A stretch of 52,328 nucleotides of DNA from a virus (Duplodnaviria; Caudoviricetes), in the IMG/VR virus record IMGVR_UViG_3300010048_000016, positions 1 to 52,328 of that record; one strand, 5' to 3'. The position numbers and the translations under genes are program-made. Of this stretch, positions 17,701 through 29,400 are shown in pieces. The notes under the pieces were generated by a model that was not told the DNA's origin, ran no database searches, and saw nothing but the letters and a program-made list of their open reading frames with translations. The first letter of the stretch is position 1. The number at the start of each line of letters is the position of its first letter.

Positions 17701-18245
17701 TGCCGCCCACCATCAAGCAATACGACACATACCCACCTTGGATCTTCGCACTCAACGACGACGAGGGGCCGATTCCTCTCAGCAGTGCGTTCGCGGTACG
17801 GGTTTACATGAAGCAGGTAAGCGGCGGAGCCAGTATCGGGCCGTGCAACTGCTCGATCACGGCGGAAACAACGTTCACCGGTACCACGCAAGCGGGCAGT
17901 ACGACCGTGCAGAGCATCTCCAGTATGAGCAACCTGATCGAGGGTTCGACATTAGTTGCCCCTGGTGTACCGGCTAACGCCACCATCGTTGAGATCGACA
18001 CGACTAATAATGCGCTCACGATCTCCCAGGCAGCTACTACCACGGGCTCAATCAGTTTTGTCGCTAATCGGGGGATGGTTAGCTATACGCCAACAGTGAC
18101 GGATACGACTACGACTGGCGTCTTCAATGTCGAGGCAGCGATCCACTGGGACTCTGGAGGCACGCAGATCACCAAGGTGCCCAACCAGCAGAGCGCCAAT
18201 CCGCAGTTTCAGATCGATCCCGACATGACTGGCTCGACGGAGTAG
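17700..18245 (+). CDS. Structural protein (BppU-N-like with inserted beta domain)
   Basis: IKQYDTYPP...GMVSY....DT...G.F..EA.IHW..G...KVP pattern resembles BppU N-terminal domains. Confidence 0.55.
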   Translation: MPPTIKQYDTYPPWIFALNDDEGPIPLSSAFAVRVYMKQVSGGASIGPCNCSITAETTFTGTTQAGSTTVQSISSMSNLIEGSTLVAPGVPANATIVEIDTTNNALTISQAATTTGSISFVANRGMVSYTPTVTDTTTTGVFNVEAAIHWDSGGTQITKVPNQQSANPQFQIDPDMTGSTE

Positions 18246-18247
18246 AG

Positions 18248-19129
18248 ATGCTGTCAGCTACCGGAACACCCACATCAGTCGACCGGGTCCCAGTGGGGCA
18301 GCCAGTCACGATCTACGCCGAGTGGGAGCAGGGCGGAGATGCAACCGATCCGGGGACGGTCGCAGTTACCGTGGCTTCTGATCGCCAGGCCTCGAACATC
18401 CTGACTGCCGCACCAACGACGGGAGGGCCCGGTCCGGTGCGGGCCGTGTCGCTGACGGCAGCTCAGACTGTCAATCTGGACTGGCTGACGTTGACGTGGA
18501 TAGCAGCTGATGGCTCAGTTCTGACTACCTACGCCGAGGTGGTCGGTGGCTTTCTGTTTCCGCTGGCGCGAGCTCGCAAGATATCTCCGCTTCAGGACAC
18601 GACGGTCTACACCAATGATCAGCTGCTGGAGATGCGGACGCTGGCAGAGGATGCCATCGAGGACATCTGCGGGGTTGCTTTCGTTCCTCGCTACCGACAC
18701 GAGGAGGTCTCGATCGAGAGCTACGGGCTGCTGCACGGATCCCGCCGCAACATCCAGAATGTGATCCAGCTGTCGACGTTTATGACCAGCTCGAGCGGTG
18801 GCAGCCAGGTGCCGTTGCCGAACCTCAATGGACTACAGATCGTTGCAGGCTATGAGGTCTATATGCCAACGCTGTGGAATTGGTTTTCCCGCCCGATCAT
18901 GATGGCCTACGAGCATGGCTATAGGTTCCCTCCGCCTCGAGTCGCAAATGCGGCGCTTCTATTAGCCAGACGTTGGTGTATTGAATCTCCCTGGGACGAG
19001 CGCACGACCGGCTTCCGAACCCGCGACGGTGGCGAGATGTCGATCCTCACTGCTTCTCATATGGATGCCTTCGACCTACCCGAGGTGGTCGCTGTGGCAG
19101 ATGCCTACGGATTCCCATTGGTCGTATGA
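18248..19129 (+). CDS. Head-to-tail adaptor/connector-like protein
   Basis: AEDAIEDICGVAFVPR, YEHGY..PPPRVANAALLLA, LPEVVAV; position. Confidence 0.7.
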   Translation: MLSATGTPTSVDRVPVGQPVTIYAEWEQGGDATDPGTVAVTVASDRQASNILTAAPTTGGPGPVRAVSLTAAQTVNLDWLTLTWIAADGSVLTTYAEVVGGFLFPLARARKISPLQDTTVYTNDQLLEMRTLAEDAIEDICGVAFVPRYRHEEVSIESYGLLHGSRRNIQNVIQLSTFMTSSSGGSQVPLPNLNGLQIVAGYEVYMPTLWNWFSRPIMMAYEHGYRFPPPRVANAALLLARRWCIESPWDERTTGFRTRDGGEMSILTASHMDAFDLPEVVAVADAYGFPLVV

Positions 19130-19470
19130 TCCTCGCAGCCCACAACGCGCATCTTCTATCGATCACTGGCCAGGCTACGGTTCCTGACCCGGTACTCGAT
19201 ATTCCTGGTGGACCAGCTGCGCCCAAGTGGACTGGCGATGCTCAGGCGCTGATGCGTGACCAGACGGTTGAGGAGGTCCGGGGCAATATGCGGATCCTGC
19301 TGCGTGAGGTCAACGTTGAGCTGCCGCTCAACCTGCCCTACGAGCCCCAGAACAACGATCTGCTCACTTTCCACACCAACGATGGTGAAACCCTTACTCT
19401 CGAGGTACGCACGGTCGACCGGCAGTTCTGGGGCTTGGGGCGTGCTCGCTACATCTGCCGGTATCAGTAA
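19126..19470 (+). CDS. Head closure/stopper-like protein
   Basis: Size (114 aa), beta-rich, synteny. Confidence 0.5.
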   Translation: MILAAHNAHLLSITGQATVPDPVLDIPGGPAAPKWTGDAQALMRDQTVEEVRGNMRILLREVNVELPLNLPYEPQNNDLLTFHTNDGETLTLEVRTVDRQFWGLGRARYICRYQ

Positions 19471-19478
19471 GGACTTGC

Positions 19479-20039
19479 ATGGACTTCTCATTCGGAGTGG
19501 GGGCTACCGACGGCGACTACATTGCCAAGGGACGTGGGTGGGCACTGGACTGGCTGGGCGGTCAGGTGACCCACCGAGTAATCGAGGCAGCCAGACTGGC
19601 AATTAATGCTGCCAATGAGGCAGGGGCAGAGGATGCTCGCACCTCCCATCCCTGGGCCGACATCACCTATCAGACTGAAAGCTCTGTGTTTGTGCGCCAG
19701 GCGCATTACAACGTTCGCACCAAGCAGCTCTGGGGGGTCTGGGGCGTCAGCGACATGCCGCGTGTGCCGCTGCGCATCAACATGGGCAACTATCCCCAAT
19801 ACGAGGGCAGGCCACTATCCACCAAGGACGTGGCGCTGATGCTCGAGTTCGGCTTCCATACCCGGATGGGGGAGGCCCGGCGCTATCCGTGGCTGTATCC
19901 GGCTTGGGACCGCGAAAAGCTCACCGTGATGCCTCTGGTCAAGGTCTTCTACGACAGCCTGCCATCCAACTTCCGCTACCGGATGGGTGGCAGCGGAACG
20001 TTCATGAGTCTCGAGCAGGTCTTCGGGCCAGGGCACTAG
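19479..20039 (+). CDS. Neck/tail completion protein (HK97 gp10-like)
   Basis: HPWADITYQTESS, ALMLEFG, YPWLYPAWD motifs; synteny. Confidence 0.65.
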   Translation: MDFSFGVGATDGDYIAKGRGWALDWLGGQVTHRVIEAARLAINAANEAGAEDARTSHPWADITYQTESSVFVRQAHYNVRTKQLWGVWGVSDMPRVPLRINMGNYPQYEGRPLSTKDVALMLEFGFHTRMGEARRYPWLYPAWDREKLTVMPLVKVFYDSLPSNFRYRMGGSGTFMSLEQVFGPGH

Positions 20040-20482
20040 TGGATATCCCGTATGCGATCCAGCAATTCCTCGCAGCCGACCCAGGTGTGCAGGCGTCGGT
20101 GCGTGCAGGCTTTGCGTGGCCTACCACCGGGCCTCACGGAGTCTTCCTACTCGAGCTCGATCAGAGCATCGACAACAACATGCCGATCGAGTGCGTGTTG
20201 GTGCGTGCAGGTGGAGGCCCGGGTGGTTACACCACCCTGCAACTCAACGATCAGAGGGTGGTTACCTTCTGTTATGGCCAGACGCTGCACCTGGCGTGGA
20301 ACCTCGACGGAGCTGTCTACGCCGCGCTCAAGAACATGCAGCCAGGCGTCTGGGCCAAGACGTATCTTCATTACGCCAACCCATCTACACGCGGCACCGA
20401 ACTAATCGAACCCCAACTGCAATGGCCCTACATCCTTTCGATTTGGCAAGTCCGTGCATCAGACCTTACGATTGCGGCCTGA
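20039..20482 (+). CDS. Tail terminator-like protein
   Basis: GTG at 20039 overlapping the upstream stop; MDIPYAIQQFLAADPGVQA...; synteny. Confidence 0.6.
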   Translation: MDIPYAIQQFLAADPGVQASVRAGFAWPTTGPHGVFLLELDQSIDNNMPIECVLVRAGGGPGGYTTLQLNDQRVVTFCYGQTLHLAWNLDGAVYAALKNMQPGVWAKTYLHYANPSTRGTELIEPQLQWPYILSIWQVRASDLTIAA

Positions 20483-20508
20483 GGGGCCGTTGAGACAGGA
20501 GGCCAGCC

Positions 20509-20766
20509 ATGTCTGTGTTTGACCCCAACTTGCCGCCCGAGCCGGTTACGCCAGAGACCGGTACGGCTCAGTACGATCCGAACCTGCCACCAGATCCGGT
20601 CACGCCCGAGACAGGTACGGCGCAGTACGACCCCAACCTGCCCGAGGGGCCAGTCGTGCCGGAACCCCAGGAGCCATCGTTTGATCCCAACCTGCCCGGC
20701 GCTGAGAAAGCCAAGCCAGCAGCATCGGCTTCATCCTCGACGGACGCAGAAGCTGACAAGAAATGA
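20509..20766 (+). CDS. Small acidic proline-rich repeat protein
   Basis: AGGAGG RBS; (Y/F)DPNLP repeats. Confidence 0.75.
   Translation: MSVFDPNLPPEPVTPETGTAQYDPNLPPDPVTPETGTAQYDPNLPEGPVVPEPQEPSFDPNLPGAEKAKPAASASSSTDAEADKK
20521..20697 (+). repeat. 54-bp tandem coding repeat, ~3.3 copies (DPNLPPxPVTPETGTAQY)
   Basis: Units start at 20521, 20575, 20629 and 20683. Confidence 0.85.
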
Positions 20767-21548
20767 TCGACTGCGACCGCGAGAACGATGTGCTGCTGGC
20801 GTTCTGCCACAACGGCAGCGTCATGACCACGTTCATGAACAGCTTCCTGGCAGCGTTTGCCGAGGACGCTAGGCAAAAGCGGCGCAGGCTGATCGAGTAT
20901 CACGATGCACCGGGGCCCTACATCCACGATAACCGCGCTCGCGTCGCCAAATATTTCCTCGAGCACACGGACTATCAGTGGCTGTGGTTCGTGGACAACG
21001 ACATCAAGTTCCCATCGGACTCGCTCTACCGGCTGCTCGATGCAGCCGAGGAGAACGGGATCTACATCCTGGGTGCGGCCTACTGGAACCAGTACGGAGA
21101 CAAGCCTCCATATCTGACCTGGCTGTCGTTCTCAACTGAGGGGATCAGAGCGCTGGCAGCGCTGCCGGAGAATCCGTACCCAATGCCGGTCACGGCCGTG
21201 GGGATGGGTTGCACGCTGATCCATCGTGATGCGCTGCAGGCGGTGGCGAACTTCCAGCACGAGCACTACCCGGACGACACCTGGGACACGTTCGGCTCTG
21301 ATCTGCTGCGCTTTGATGACGGCACCTCTCATCGGATGGGTGAGGATGTGACGTTCTGCGTGCGCGCTCGCCGCCACGGCTTTGAGACTTACGGACTACC
21401 CACCCTGCTGGTCGAACACTTCAAACCGATTTTCTGTCCGCACGGCCAAACCGCGTGGGCGGACGCGCTCCACGATCCGCTGGATGCAGGAGGCGAGGTA
21501 AACGGTGCCCATAACGGGCACGAGGTCAAACCAATTCCTGCTCCGTAG
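20763..21548 (+). CDS. Glycosyltransferase (GT-A / family 2-like)
   Basis: NRARVAKYFL, WLWFVDND (DxD), AVGMGCTLIHR, GEDVTFC.RA, VEHFK. Confidence 0.85.
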   Translation: MIDCDRENDVLLAFCHNGSVMTTFMNSFLAAFAEDARQKRRRLIEYHDAPGPYIHDNRARVAKYFLEHTDYQWLWFVDNDIKFPSDSLYRLLDAAEENGIYILGAAYWNQYGDKPPYLTWLSFSTEGIRALAALPENPYPMPVTAVGMGCTLIHRDALQAVANFQHEHYPDDTWDTFGSDLLRFDDGTSHRMGEDVTFCVRARRHGFETYGLPTLLVEHFKPIFCPHGQTAWADALHDPLDAGGEVNGAHNGHEVKPIPAP

Positions 21549-21560
21549 AGGAGAGTCGAG

Positions 21561-22151
21561 ATGCAACCATTCGAAGTTGTCTGCAGCCCGTACACCGTCT
21601 ATGCAGCGACGGTAGGAACGGCCTTCCCGAACATCGACGCAGTTCCGGTCACCGGTCCCGGTGGCTGGACTCAGGTCGGAACATCGGGCAACAAGAACTA
21701 CACCGACACGGGCATCACCGTCACCCACACGCAGACGGTGTCGACGTTCACCCCGGCCGGTTCCACCACGGTGCGTAAGGCGTGGCGCACAGAGGAAGGC
21801 CTGACGATGGCCTTCGAGCTCGCGGACCTCAGCCCGGCCATGTACGCGCTGATCCTCGACAACATCACGGTCAACACCAACGCTGCAACCACCACCAAGG
21901 GCGGTGACTCGAACTTCCAGCTGATGCGAGGGGTTCAGGTCAATCAGTACGCGCTGCTGTGTCGGGGGATCAGCCCGATCAACGAGGCATACGCGGCGCA
22001 GTATGAAGTGCCTTCGGCGTTCATGATGGGCAACCCGGCACCGCGCTACTCAAAGCAGGGCCCGGCCACGCTGGCGATCGAGTTCCACGCTTATGAGCTG
22101 AACCCGAACCAGCTGGCTGTCTGGCGTGCTCAGAGCAGCACGCACTCGTAG
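21561..22151 (+). CDS. Major tail (tube) protein
   Basis: GAGGAG RBS; WTQVGTSG..NYTDTGITVTH; synteny before the chaperones and tape measure. Confidence 0.8.
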   Translation: MQPFEVVCSPYTVYAATVGTAFPNIDAVPVTGPGGWTQVGTSGNKNYTDTGITVTHTQTVSTFTPAGSTTVRKAWRTEEGLTMAFELADLSPAMYALILDNITVNTNAATTTKGGDSNFQLMRGVQVNQYALLCRGISPINEAYAAQYEVPSAFMMGNPAPRYSKQGPATLAIEFHAYELNPNQLAVWRAQSSTHS

Positions 22152-22156
22152 GACGG

Positions 22157-22459
22157 ATGCCGCAGACCGAGTATCGGCAGTACGCGCTGGAAGAGGCCGA
22201 AAGGTCTCTTCCAGCGGACCGTAAGCTCGAGGAGGCGCAGAGGGCATACGAGCGTGCCAGAGAGCTGCGGCGAGTTGTCAACGAGGCCAAGGCTGAGCAG
22301 CGACGGTTGATGCAGCGTTTCGATCTTTTCAAGGCAGACCTTGAAGCGATGGGGATAGAGGTCATAATCGAACCGGCGAGCTATCCCGTCAGGGTTGAGC
22401 CAAATCAAACAAGTCACACATCCCAAAGGAGGAACAGTGACGACCGAAGTAGCGCCTGA
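22157..22459 (+). CDS. Hypothetical coiled-coil protein
   Basis: Charged helical sequence filling the gap. Confidence 0.55.
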   Translation: MPQTEYRQYALEEAERSLPADRKLEEAQRAYERARELRRVVNEAKAEQRRLMQRFDLFKADLEAMGIEVIIEPASYPVRVEPNQTSHTSQRRNSDDRSSA

Positions 22460-23069
22460 CGCCAGTGCTGTCGCTGCAGAGCCAGAGCCCGTAACAATCC
22501 CGCCGCCAGAACCCTCGATCGAAGACCAGATTGGTCCCGAGCCGCCCGACGAGGACGAGGCAGAAGCTCAGATCACTCCGGAGCCGCAGGCCCCAATCGA
22601 ACTGGCGGAGCCCGGTGCCAACGTTGGCACAGAGGAACCGGATGAGGATGACATCCTCGATCTGACCTCAATCGTGCCGCCTCGCAAGCTGGTCCGTATC
22701 CCGGTCAAGGGCAGCCCCAAGGGCGAGGTTCATGAGCTTCGCCTCCTGGACGATTTTGGGATCGAAGAACAGCAGCAGCTGCTGTCCTGGTCAAAGCGCT
22801 TCGAGGCGCTGTGGAACAAGGACGGCAAGGATCTGACGCCGCGTGAGCGGGTCAAGATGAAGTGGCTCCTGAACGCGATGTTCTTCAAGGTGCTCGATGC
22901 TCCTGACGAGGTCAAGCGCAACGTGGACGACACCGTAAAGAGCCGGGTGGTGACGGCTTTTACGATGGTGCCGCTGCTCGAGCGGCAGAAGCGCGAGGCG
23001 GAGCAGGAGGCACAGCAGGAGGAGGACGACGGGATCCCAACCTCCGACCTCCCGAGTACAGCGAGCTAG
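22437..23069 (+). CDS. Tail assembly chaperone (gpG-like)
   Basis: GTG at 22437 after AGGAGG; between tail tube and tape measure genes. Confidence 0.7.
   Translation: MTTEVAPDASAVAAEPEPVTIPPPEPSIEDQIGPEPPDEDEAEAQITPEPQAPIELAEPGANVGTEEPDEDDILDLTSIVPPRKLVRIPVKGSPKGEVHELRLLDDFGIEEQQQLLSWSKRFEALWNKDGKDLTPRERVKMKWLLNAMFFKVLDAPDEVKRNVDDTVKSRVVTAFTMVPLLERQKREAEQEAQQEEDDGIPTSDLPSTAS
22615..22630. promoter_or_regulatory. 16-bp palindrome copy (intragenic)
   Basis: Exact GTGCCAACGTTGGCAC; encodes GANVGT. Confidence 0.7.
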
Positions 23070-23374
23070 TCCCTCGCCTGCAGCGGTTCTATGGGGGCGA
23101 TCCCAGTGCCTGGTTGCAGATGCCATCCCGACACCTCTGGTGGTTCGTGGAGCAGATGCCCATTCTCCAAGCGCGTGAATCGATCATGCGCATCAACGAG
23201 TTCGCCTACGCCTTCGGGGCCTTCTCCAAAGAAGACGGCAACACGTACTTCAACGATCTCAAGATCCAGGCAGCCGGACCCGATAAGCCGATCAGCGCGG
23301 TGGCCCCACGAGCCTCTTCGATGGAGGAATTTGCCAGAGCGATGGGCCACAAGCAGCAGGTGTCTATGGATTGA
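23033..23374 (+). CDS. Tail assembly chaperone extension (gpT-like), probably reached by -1 frameshift
   Basis: The -1 frame is open from at least 23033: DPNLRPPEYSELVPRLQRFYGGDPSAWLQMPSRHLWWFVEQMP...; no good independent start or RBS. Confidence 0.65.
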   Translation, partial: DPNLRPPEYSELVPRLQRFYGGDPSAWLQMPSRHLWWFVEQMPILQARESIMRINEFAYAFGAFSKEDGNTYFNDLKIQAAGPDKPISAVAPRASSMEEFARAMGHKQQVSMD

Positions 23375-23470
23375 CCCCCAGGAGCTCACAGGAGCCTCAC
23401 AGAGGCTCTCCGAGGCTTCGGTCGACCCTAACCGTGTCCAGGGGCTCAGAGGGGCTTAGAAGGCCGCAGA

Positions 23471-26400
23471 ATGGAAGCTCACGAGACTCTTGGCGATGCA
23501 ATTCTCGAGCTCGGAGCTGACTGGGCTCCGCTACGCCGTGAGCTTGAAACAGCGGGCACCTACACCCGCATCAAGATGGACGAGATGGCCCGCAGCACGG
23601 GCCAGTTCCAGCGCTCGCTGGACCAGCTCGGCAGTGCGATGCGGAACTTCACCGCTGGTGGCCAGCAGTTCGCCACCGTCACCACTGCCACTAGGGAGCT
23701 CACCAATTCCTTCCTGAAGCTGCGAAGTGCCACCGAGGCCTACAAGCTGGCAGCGGGTTCAGCAGCAGCCACTACGGACGACCTCGCGAGAAAGCTGGGT
23801 GATGCCAGACGGCAGCTGGGCCTGACCACTACCCAGGTCGAACTGCTGACCAAGGCGCTCGGTCTGGCGGGTGAGGCGGTCCACGAGTGGAACTCTGAAA
23901 TCGATGATATGGACCAGGGGCTCCGTGACGTCAATGCATCGATGGGTGAGTTCATCACCCTGCATGGGCGAATACGCGCTCTGGGACCGATGCTCACTCC
24001 GGAGCAACGCCGGAGCATTACCACCGAGCCTGCCTACCAGGGCTTGATGCGTTCGCAGACGGAGGCAGCCGGGCCCGGAGGGCCCATCATTGCCCGCGTA
24101 GAGCTGCCACCGGAGATGGGCGATCGCATAGTCGAGGCGATCAACACCGGACGAAGACTCGAGGCACTCCTCGAGCGCCAACTGCAGACCGGCGAATACT
24201 CGATCCTGGGTGGAGGCACTCCTCGCTATACGCGCACCGAGCGTCCAAAGGAGCTTGCCCCAGCGCCGGAGATGGGGCCCGAGTTCTTCGACCGCATGGC
24301 CCAGGAGATGGACAAGGTCATGGCTCCTGTGCGTGCAGCATGGGCGCAGGGCATCAACGTCCAGTCTGCGGCAGCCGAAGCCAGCGCTCAGGCAGCCAAG
24401 GAGGCCAAGGACGAACTCGGTGGCATCAGGTCTCTGCTGGCGCAGATGGGCCGAGAGGCTGCTGAGCCAGAAGCAGCTGGTGGAGAGGACATAGCCAGGC
24501 TCGAGGCGCTCAGGCGAGACATCACCCAGTACATGGCTGAGCCCATCGCCAACGCGGTCGGTGATGCGGTCAAGCAGAACCTGCCCGAGGGGATGCTGAC
24601 ACGTGAGGACATCGACAAGATCGTGCCCTCGCAGCGCTACCTGGACATGATGGAGCGCTTCGCCCGCCAGGGGCTGTCGATGGGCGGCAACAAGCCGGGC
24701 AACGCGGTCGCAATCCTGGGAGGCGCAAAGTCACCCGAGACTCCGGTAAACGCCAACAACCCGTTGCCTACCGCACTCGTGAGCTCGGCCAGATCGGGCC
24801 TCGGTGCAAATGCAGCCAACTACGAAAACGAGCCAGCTCCACAGGTTCAGTCGACTGCAGCCGGAGTCGCACAGGCAGCTCCAACGGCAGGTACTGCCGC
24901 TCAGCCGCAGCAGGTGGTACATGCGCCGACGCAGGCAACCCCGGCGATGACCCAGGAGGACCTGGCGGCGCGACTGCTGGAACGGGAGTCGATCCTGGCA
25001 CGGCTGCCAGCCGGGCGCGTGCCGCGCACCGGACTGACACCTGGTCAGTATGCGAGCCTGGCTGGCCGCGAGCCCTACTACGGACCTCAGCGCCAGCTTC
25101 CTCGGGGCGAGACAATTGGCACCGAGCCTGGCTACGTTCACTTCGAGCCGATGTATGGCACCCGTGGTGGACCGAACATTCGCACGGGCCAGCTCACGCC
25201 TGAGGAATATGACCCATTCTCCGGTCAGGTGGTCACGTTCGGCCACCCGAGACCACAGTTTCAATATCCAGTTCGTGCTCCCATTGAGCCCATTAGATCC
25301 GGCACTACCGGAACCCCTCGAGATGTACTCGCATATATCGACAGTGTCATGGGGGCGATGGCATCTTCGGAGATACGCGCAGCGATTACCAGAGAGATCG
25401 CTTCACAGGCTGATGTGCCGCGTGGCATTGCGGGGGCAGCGCCGATACCGCGACGCCGTCAGCTGAGAGGTGGTCAGTGGGTAGGACCGGAGACTGGGCC
25501 CAGCCGATATCGATGGCCAGAGCAACCTAGTCGGGAGATGGTGCCCTTTGGGCCAGGAGTCCCAATGGGACGCGAGATCACCCCGCATACGCCTGAGACC
25601 GTCATGCGTAACTACGGGAATCTCCTGCACATGTTCCACGCCTACGAGGACATTCATGCGCAGGATCCAGGTGACCCACATCGATTTGCACAGGCAGCAG
25701 CGCACCTCATGGCATGGCTGGAGGCACTCAGGGCAGCCGACGAAGCTATGGGCGCAGCCATACCGGCACTTCCACGAGGAGTACCACCAGGAGTCGGTGG
25801 TGGAGGTAGACAGGCACTCCCGCGTGGTGGACCGCAACGGGCAATCCCGCGTCAGGCGATGCGCGGTGGTAGCCGGTTCCGTCCATTCCAGGAAACGGTC
25901 GTAGAGGATGTCACCAACGTCACAGAGATTGCCCCTGGTGCACCTGGTGGCGGAGATGGCGGTCGGCCTCCGCCGTTCGTATTCCCGGGCCAGGGCGGCT
26001 GGGGTGAATTTGCTCGACGGGCACTCTTCGGTCGTCGTAATCGAGGGATTCCGTTCCTCGGCGCTGTCCCCGGTGCGGGCTTTGGCCTGCTGTCGTTAGC
26101 AGGTCTCGGTCCGGAGCACTTACTCGGGACTGCAGGAGCGATAGGTGCCAGTGCGATAGCTGGCGGTGCAGGTGCAGCGACACTGCTGGCAGGGGCAGCA
26201 GGAACGATGGCCGTGGGTGGTGGCGCTGACCTCGCGGTCCTGAAGTCGACGCTCACCGACACCCAGGCGCTATCAGGGTCCTACACCCAACTGCAGAACG
26301 CCGTTCAGACATACGGCCAGAAATCACGACAGGCAGCGCTGGCACAGGGACAGCTCAACCAGCAGCTGCTGACTCTCAGCGGCGACCCTAAGAGCGGCAA

Positions 26401-29400
26401 GCCTGGCGTCGGTGCGCTGGCCGAGTTGCAGCTTGCCAAGAGCGCTCAGTCACTCGATCAGTTCTGGGATCGCTCGACACAGAAAGCCCGCGTCCAGGCA
26501 GTCAACATCATGCAGCAGGGCGTGACGCTGGGCCGGGACTACACGCCTCGGATAGCCAACGCAGCCAACGAAAACCTGAAGATCATCAACCAGGGCATCA
26601 AGCCGCTGTTTAGCTGGCTCGAGGGTCCGCAGGGAGTGAAGATCTTCAACGACCTCGAGGGCATGTTCAGACGCAACCTGCCCACTGCCGTACATGCATT
26701 CAGCCAGGCAGTCGAGATCCTGTTGCGGTTCGTGGACGCCGCGTCCAAGCACACCGGTCACTTCACCGAGACGCTCGACAAGTTCCTGACCAAGATCAAT
26801 GAGCGCAGTTCGGGTTACTTCACCGGCATAGTCGACAAGCTCGTGGGCGACTTCAAGGTGTGGGAGAAGTTCGCCAAGCTACTGGTTACCGATCTGGACC
26901 TGATCTTCCGCCAAAACGCGGGAGCGGGCAAGGACATCATCACCACGCTCGACGGGATGCTCGGACGCCTGCACACATGGCTTACGACCAGCCGAGGTCA
27001 ACAGCAGTTGCACAGCGTGTTCGAGACACACAAGCAGGAAGTGCTGACATTGCTTGATCAGCTGCCGAAGCTGCTCAAGGCATTCGGCTCCTTCTATCTG
27101 ACCGTCTCACCAGCGCTCACCACAGCGTTCACGGGCTTTATCAAGCTGCTGGCCGATGTACTCGGTCCTCTGGTCACCATGAGCCCACAGATCACCACGT
27201 TCGTGGGCGCGATGATGGCGATGCAGAAGTTCCACATACTGATTCCGACTCTGAAGGCAGTTGCGGGTCTGTTCACCACTATGGCTGTTGGCGAAGAAGA
27301 GATGCTGCTTGCTGGTGGTGCTGGTGGCAAGGGCGCTCCGGGCGCTCTGGAGAAGCTACTCGGGGCCAGTGCCTCGACGGGAACCGGAGGGCTTGGCCTC
27401 GGTGGCATTGCGAAGAAGGAAGAACGGGCGCTGGTTTCCGAGGCCGAGACCGTTGGCAAGACAGGGTTTGCCGCCAGGCTGACCAAGCCGTTTGACAATC
27501 TGATCGGAAACCTGGAGAAGCGCTACTCGGCGTTCCTACCTGAGAACTTTGCGAAGTATGCGGCAAGGGGCACGGTAGTGGCAGGAGGAGGCCTTGCCGG
27601 GTATATGGGCGGTACAGCGATCCAGGGAGCTACGGGCCTGCGTAGAGGCGGCACAGCATCGGCGCTGGGTGGTCTGGCTGGTACAGGAGCTGGTGTTGCT
27701 GCCGCTGCGGGTATTGGTGCGCTGGCAGGCATCGAGCTGGGGCCAGTCGGAATGCTCATGGGAGCAACGCTGGGCTCGGCTGTTGGAACGACGTTTGGGC
27801 CAACCATTGGTCACTTCTTCTCGAGCATCTTCGGAGGAGCTCCTGCTCGCAACTACGGCAGAGAGTTCGTCAGGGAATTCAACAAGGCGCTACCTGGACT
27901 GAAGATCGCATCTACGGTTGCGATCGGTCCTTCAGGCCAGAAGGAGATGGTCAAGAGGATCCAGGACGACAAGAACGCTGCAGGCAAAGCCTATGCGGAC
28001 TTCCAGTCGGCACAGGACACGTACAGGTCTGCACTAGCTAAGCCGATGATGCTGGGTGGAGTCCAGATCACTCCGAGTACGGAGAGGGCTGATCTGAAGG
28101 CGATGAACACCAGCTACGACAAGTACAAAAAGCTGGCCGACACCAGTGGCACGGACACGGCCAACTACTTCATCTCGGCAATGCAGGCCGTCAAGGTTCC
28201 AAGCGAATTCGCCTTCCAGACCGACATCCTCACTGCTCTGGGAAAGCTCAAAGGCCCGGCTCAGCAGAGCGCACTCGACACGCTGCTCGGGTACGTCCAG
28301 ACCCTGCAGCAGAACAAGGATCTTGCGCCCAATCAGGTCCAGAAAATTCTTACTGCGATCGAGGCACAGTTCCCGGCATTGAAGGTCTATATGCAGCAGC
28401 AGGGCGAGCAGGACGATGCTGCATTGGCAGAGAAGATGAAGCTGAAACAGACCCAGACTCAGCTACAGACCACGATGACGACGATCGAGACTCAGTTCGG
28501 TCTGGCGTGGCTGAACCCTGACATCTCAGGTGCCAACTGGGCCAAGAACGTCGGCAAGAACGCTTCAGCGCTTCAAACGATCATCAAGAACTCGAGCGGT
28601 ACGACACGCACTCAAGCAGTGACTGCCTACGAAGGACTGCAGACCGACACTGGAAAGCACTTCCAGGCGATGGTCGACCACACGCGGACCCGTATGAGCA
28701 CGATGAAGTCGCTGATCGAGGGTCACTCCAAGGACGCTGCGGCAACAGCCAAGAAGCACTTCGGAGACCTGGCCACAAGTATCGACACCGCATGGAAGGG
28801 CGGAGCGATCTCGACCACCCGGGGTGCCCAGCTGATCAGCCAGGCGACCAACACCATCCTCAAGGAGTTCGGTGCCAAGTCGCTCTCTCAGATAGGGCTG
28901 GGGAACGTCCAGAAGCTGGTGGAGCAGTTTCAATCACAGAGCTATGGACAGGTCCATCTTCATCAGGCTGGTGGTCTCGTTCAGGTAGGCGCGGCCGGAC
29001 AGCGTGGCCAGGACACCATCCCGATGCAGGTTGGTGGACAGCCGATCATGGTCGGTGCGGGCGAACAGGTTGCAGTCTTCAATGCTCATCAGCAGGCCGT
29101 TATGAACACGCGCCTGGCCGACTACGGTGGACTGCCTGGTTTCTTCAGTTCCGTCAATACGCCACACGCCAAGTTCCAGGAAGGCGGCTTCGTACCCGGC
29201 TTCCAGCAGGGCGGGCAGGTCTTTCGTCCAGGTGCCAGCGGAAGATTCTCCTACGGCCAGCTCGAGGGTCTCTGGGAGCGTGCCGGAGGGGCTTCCAAGA
29301 TGGCCCCGATCATGGCGGCGATTGCCCTGGCCGAGTCCACGGGCAGTCCCACTGCGCACAATCCATCTGGGGCCAGTGGTCTGTGGCAGATTCTTGGATT

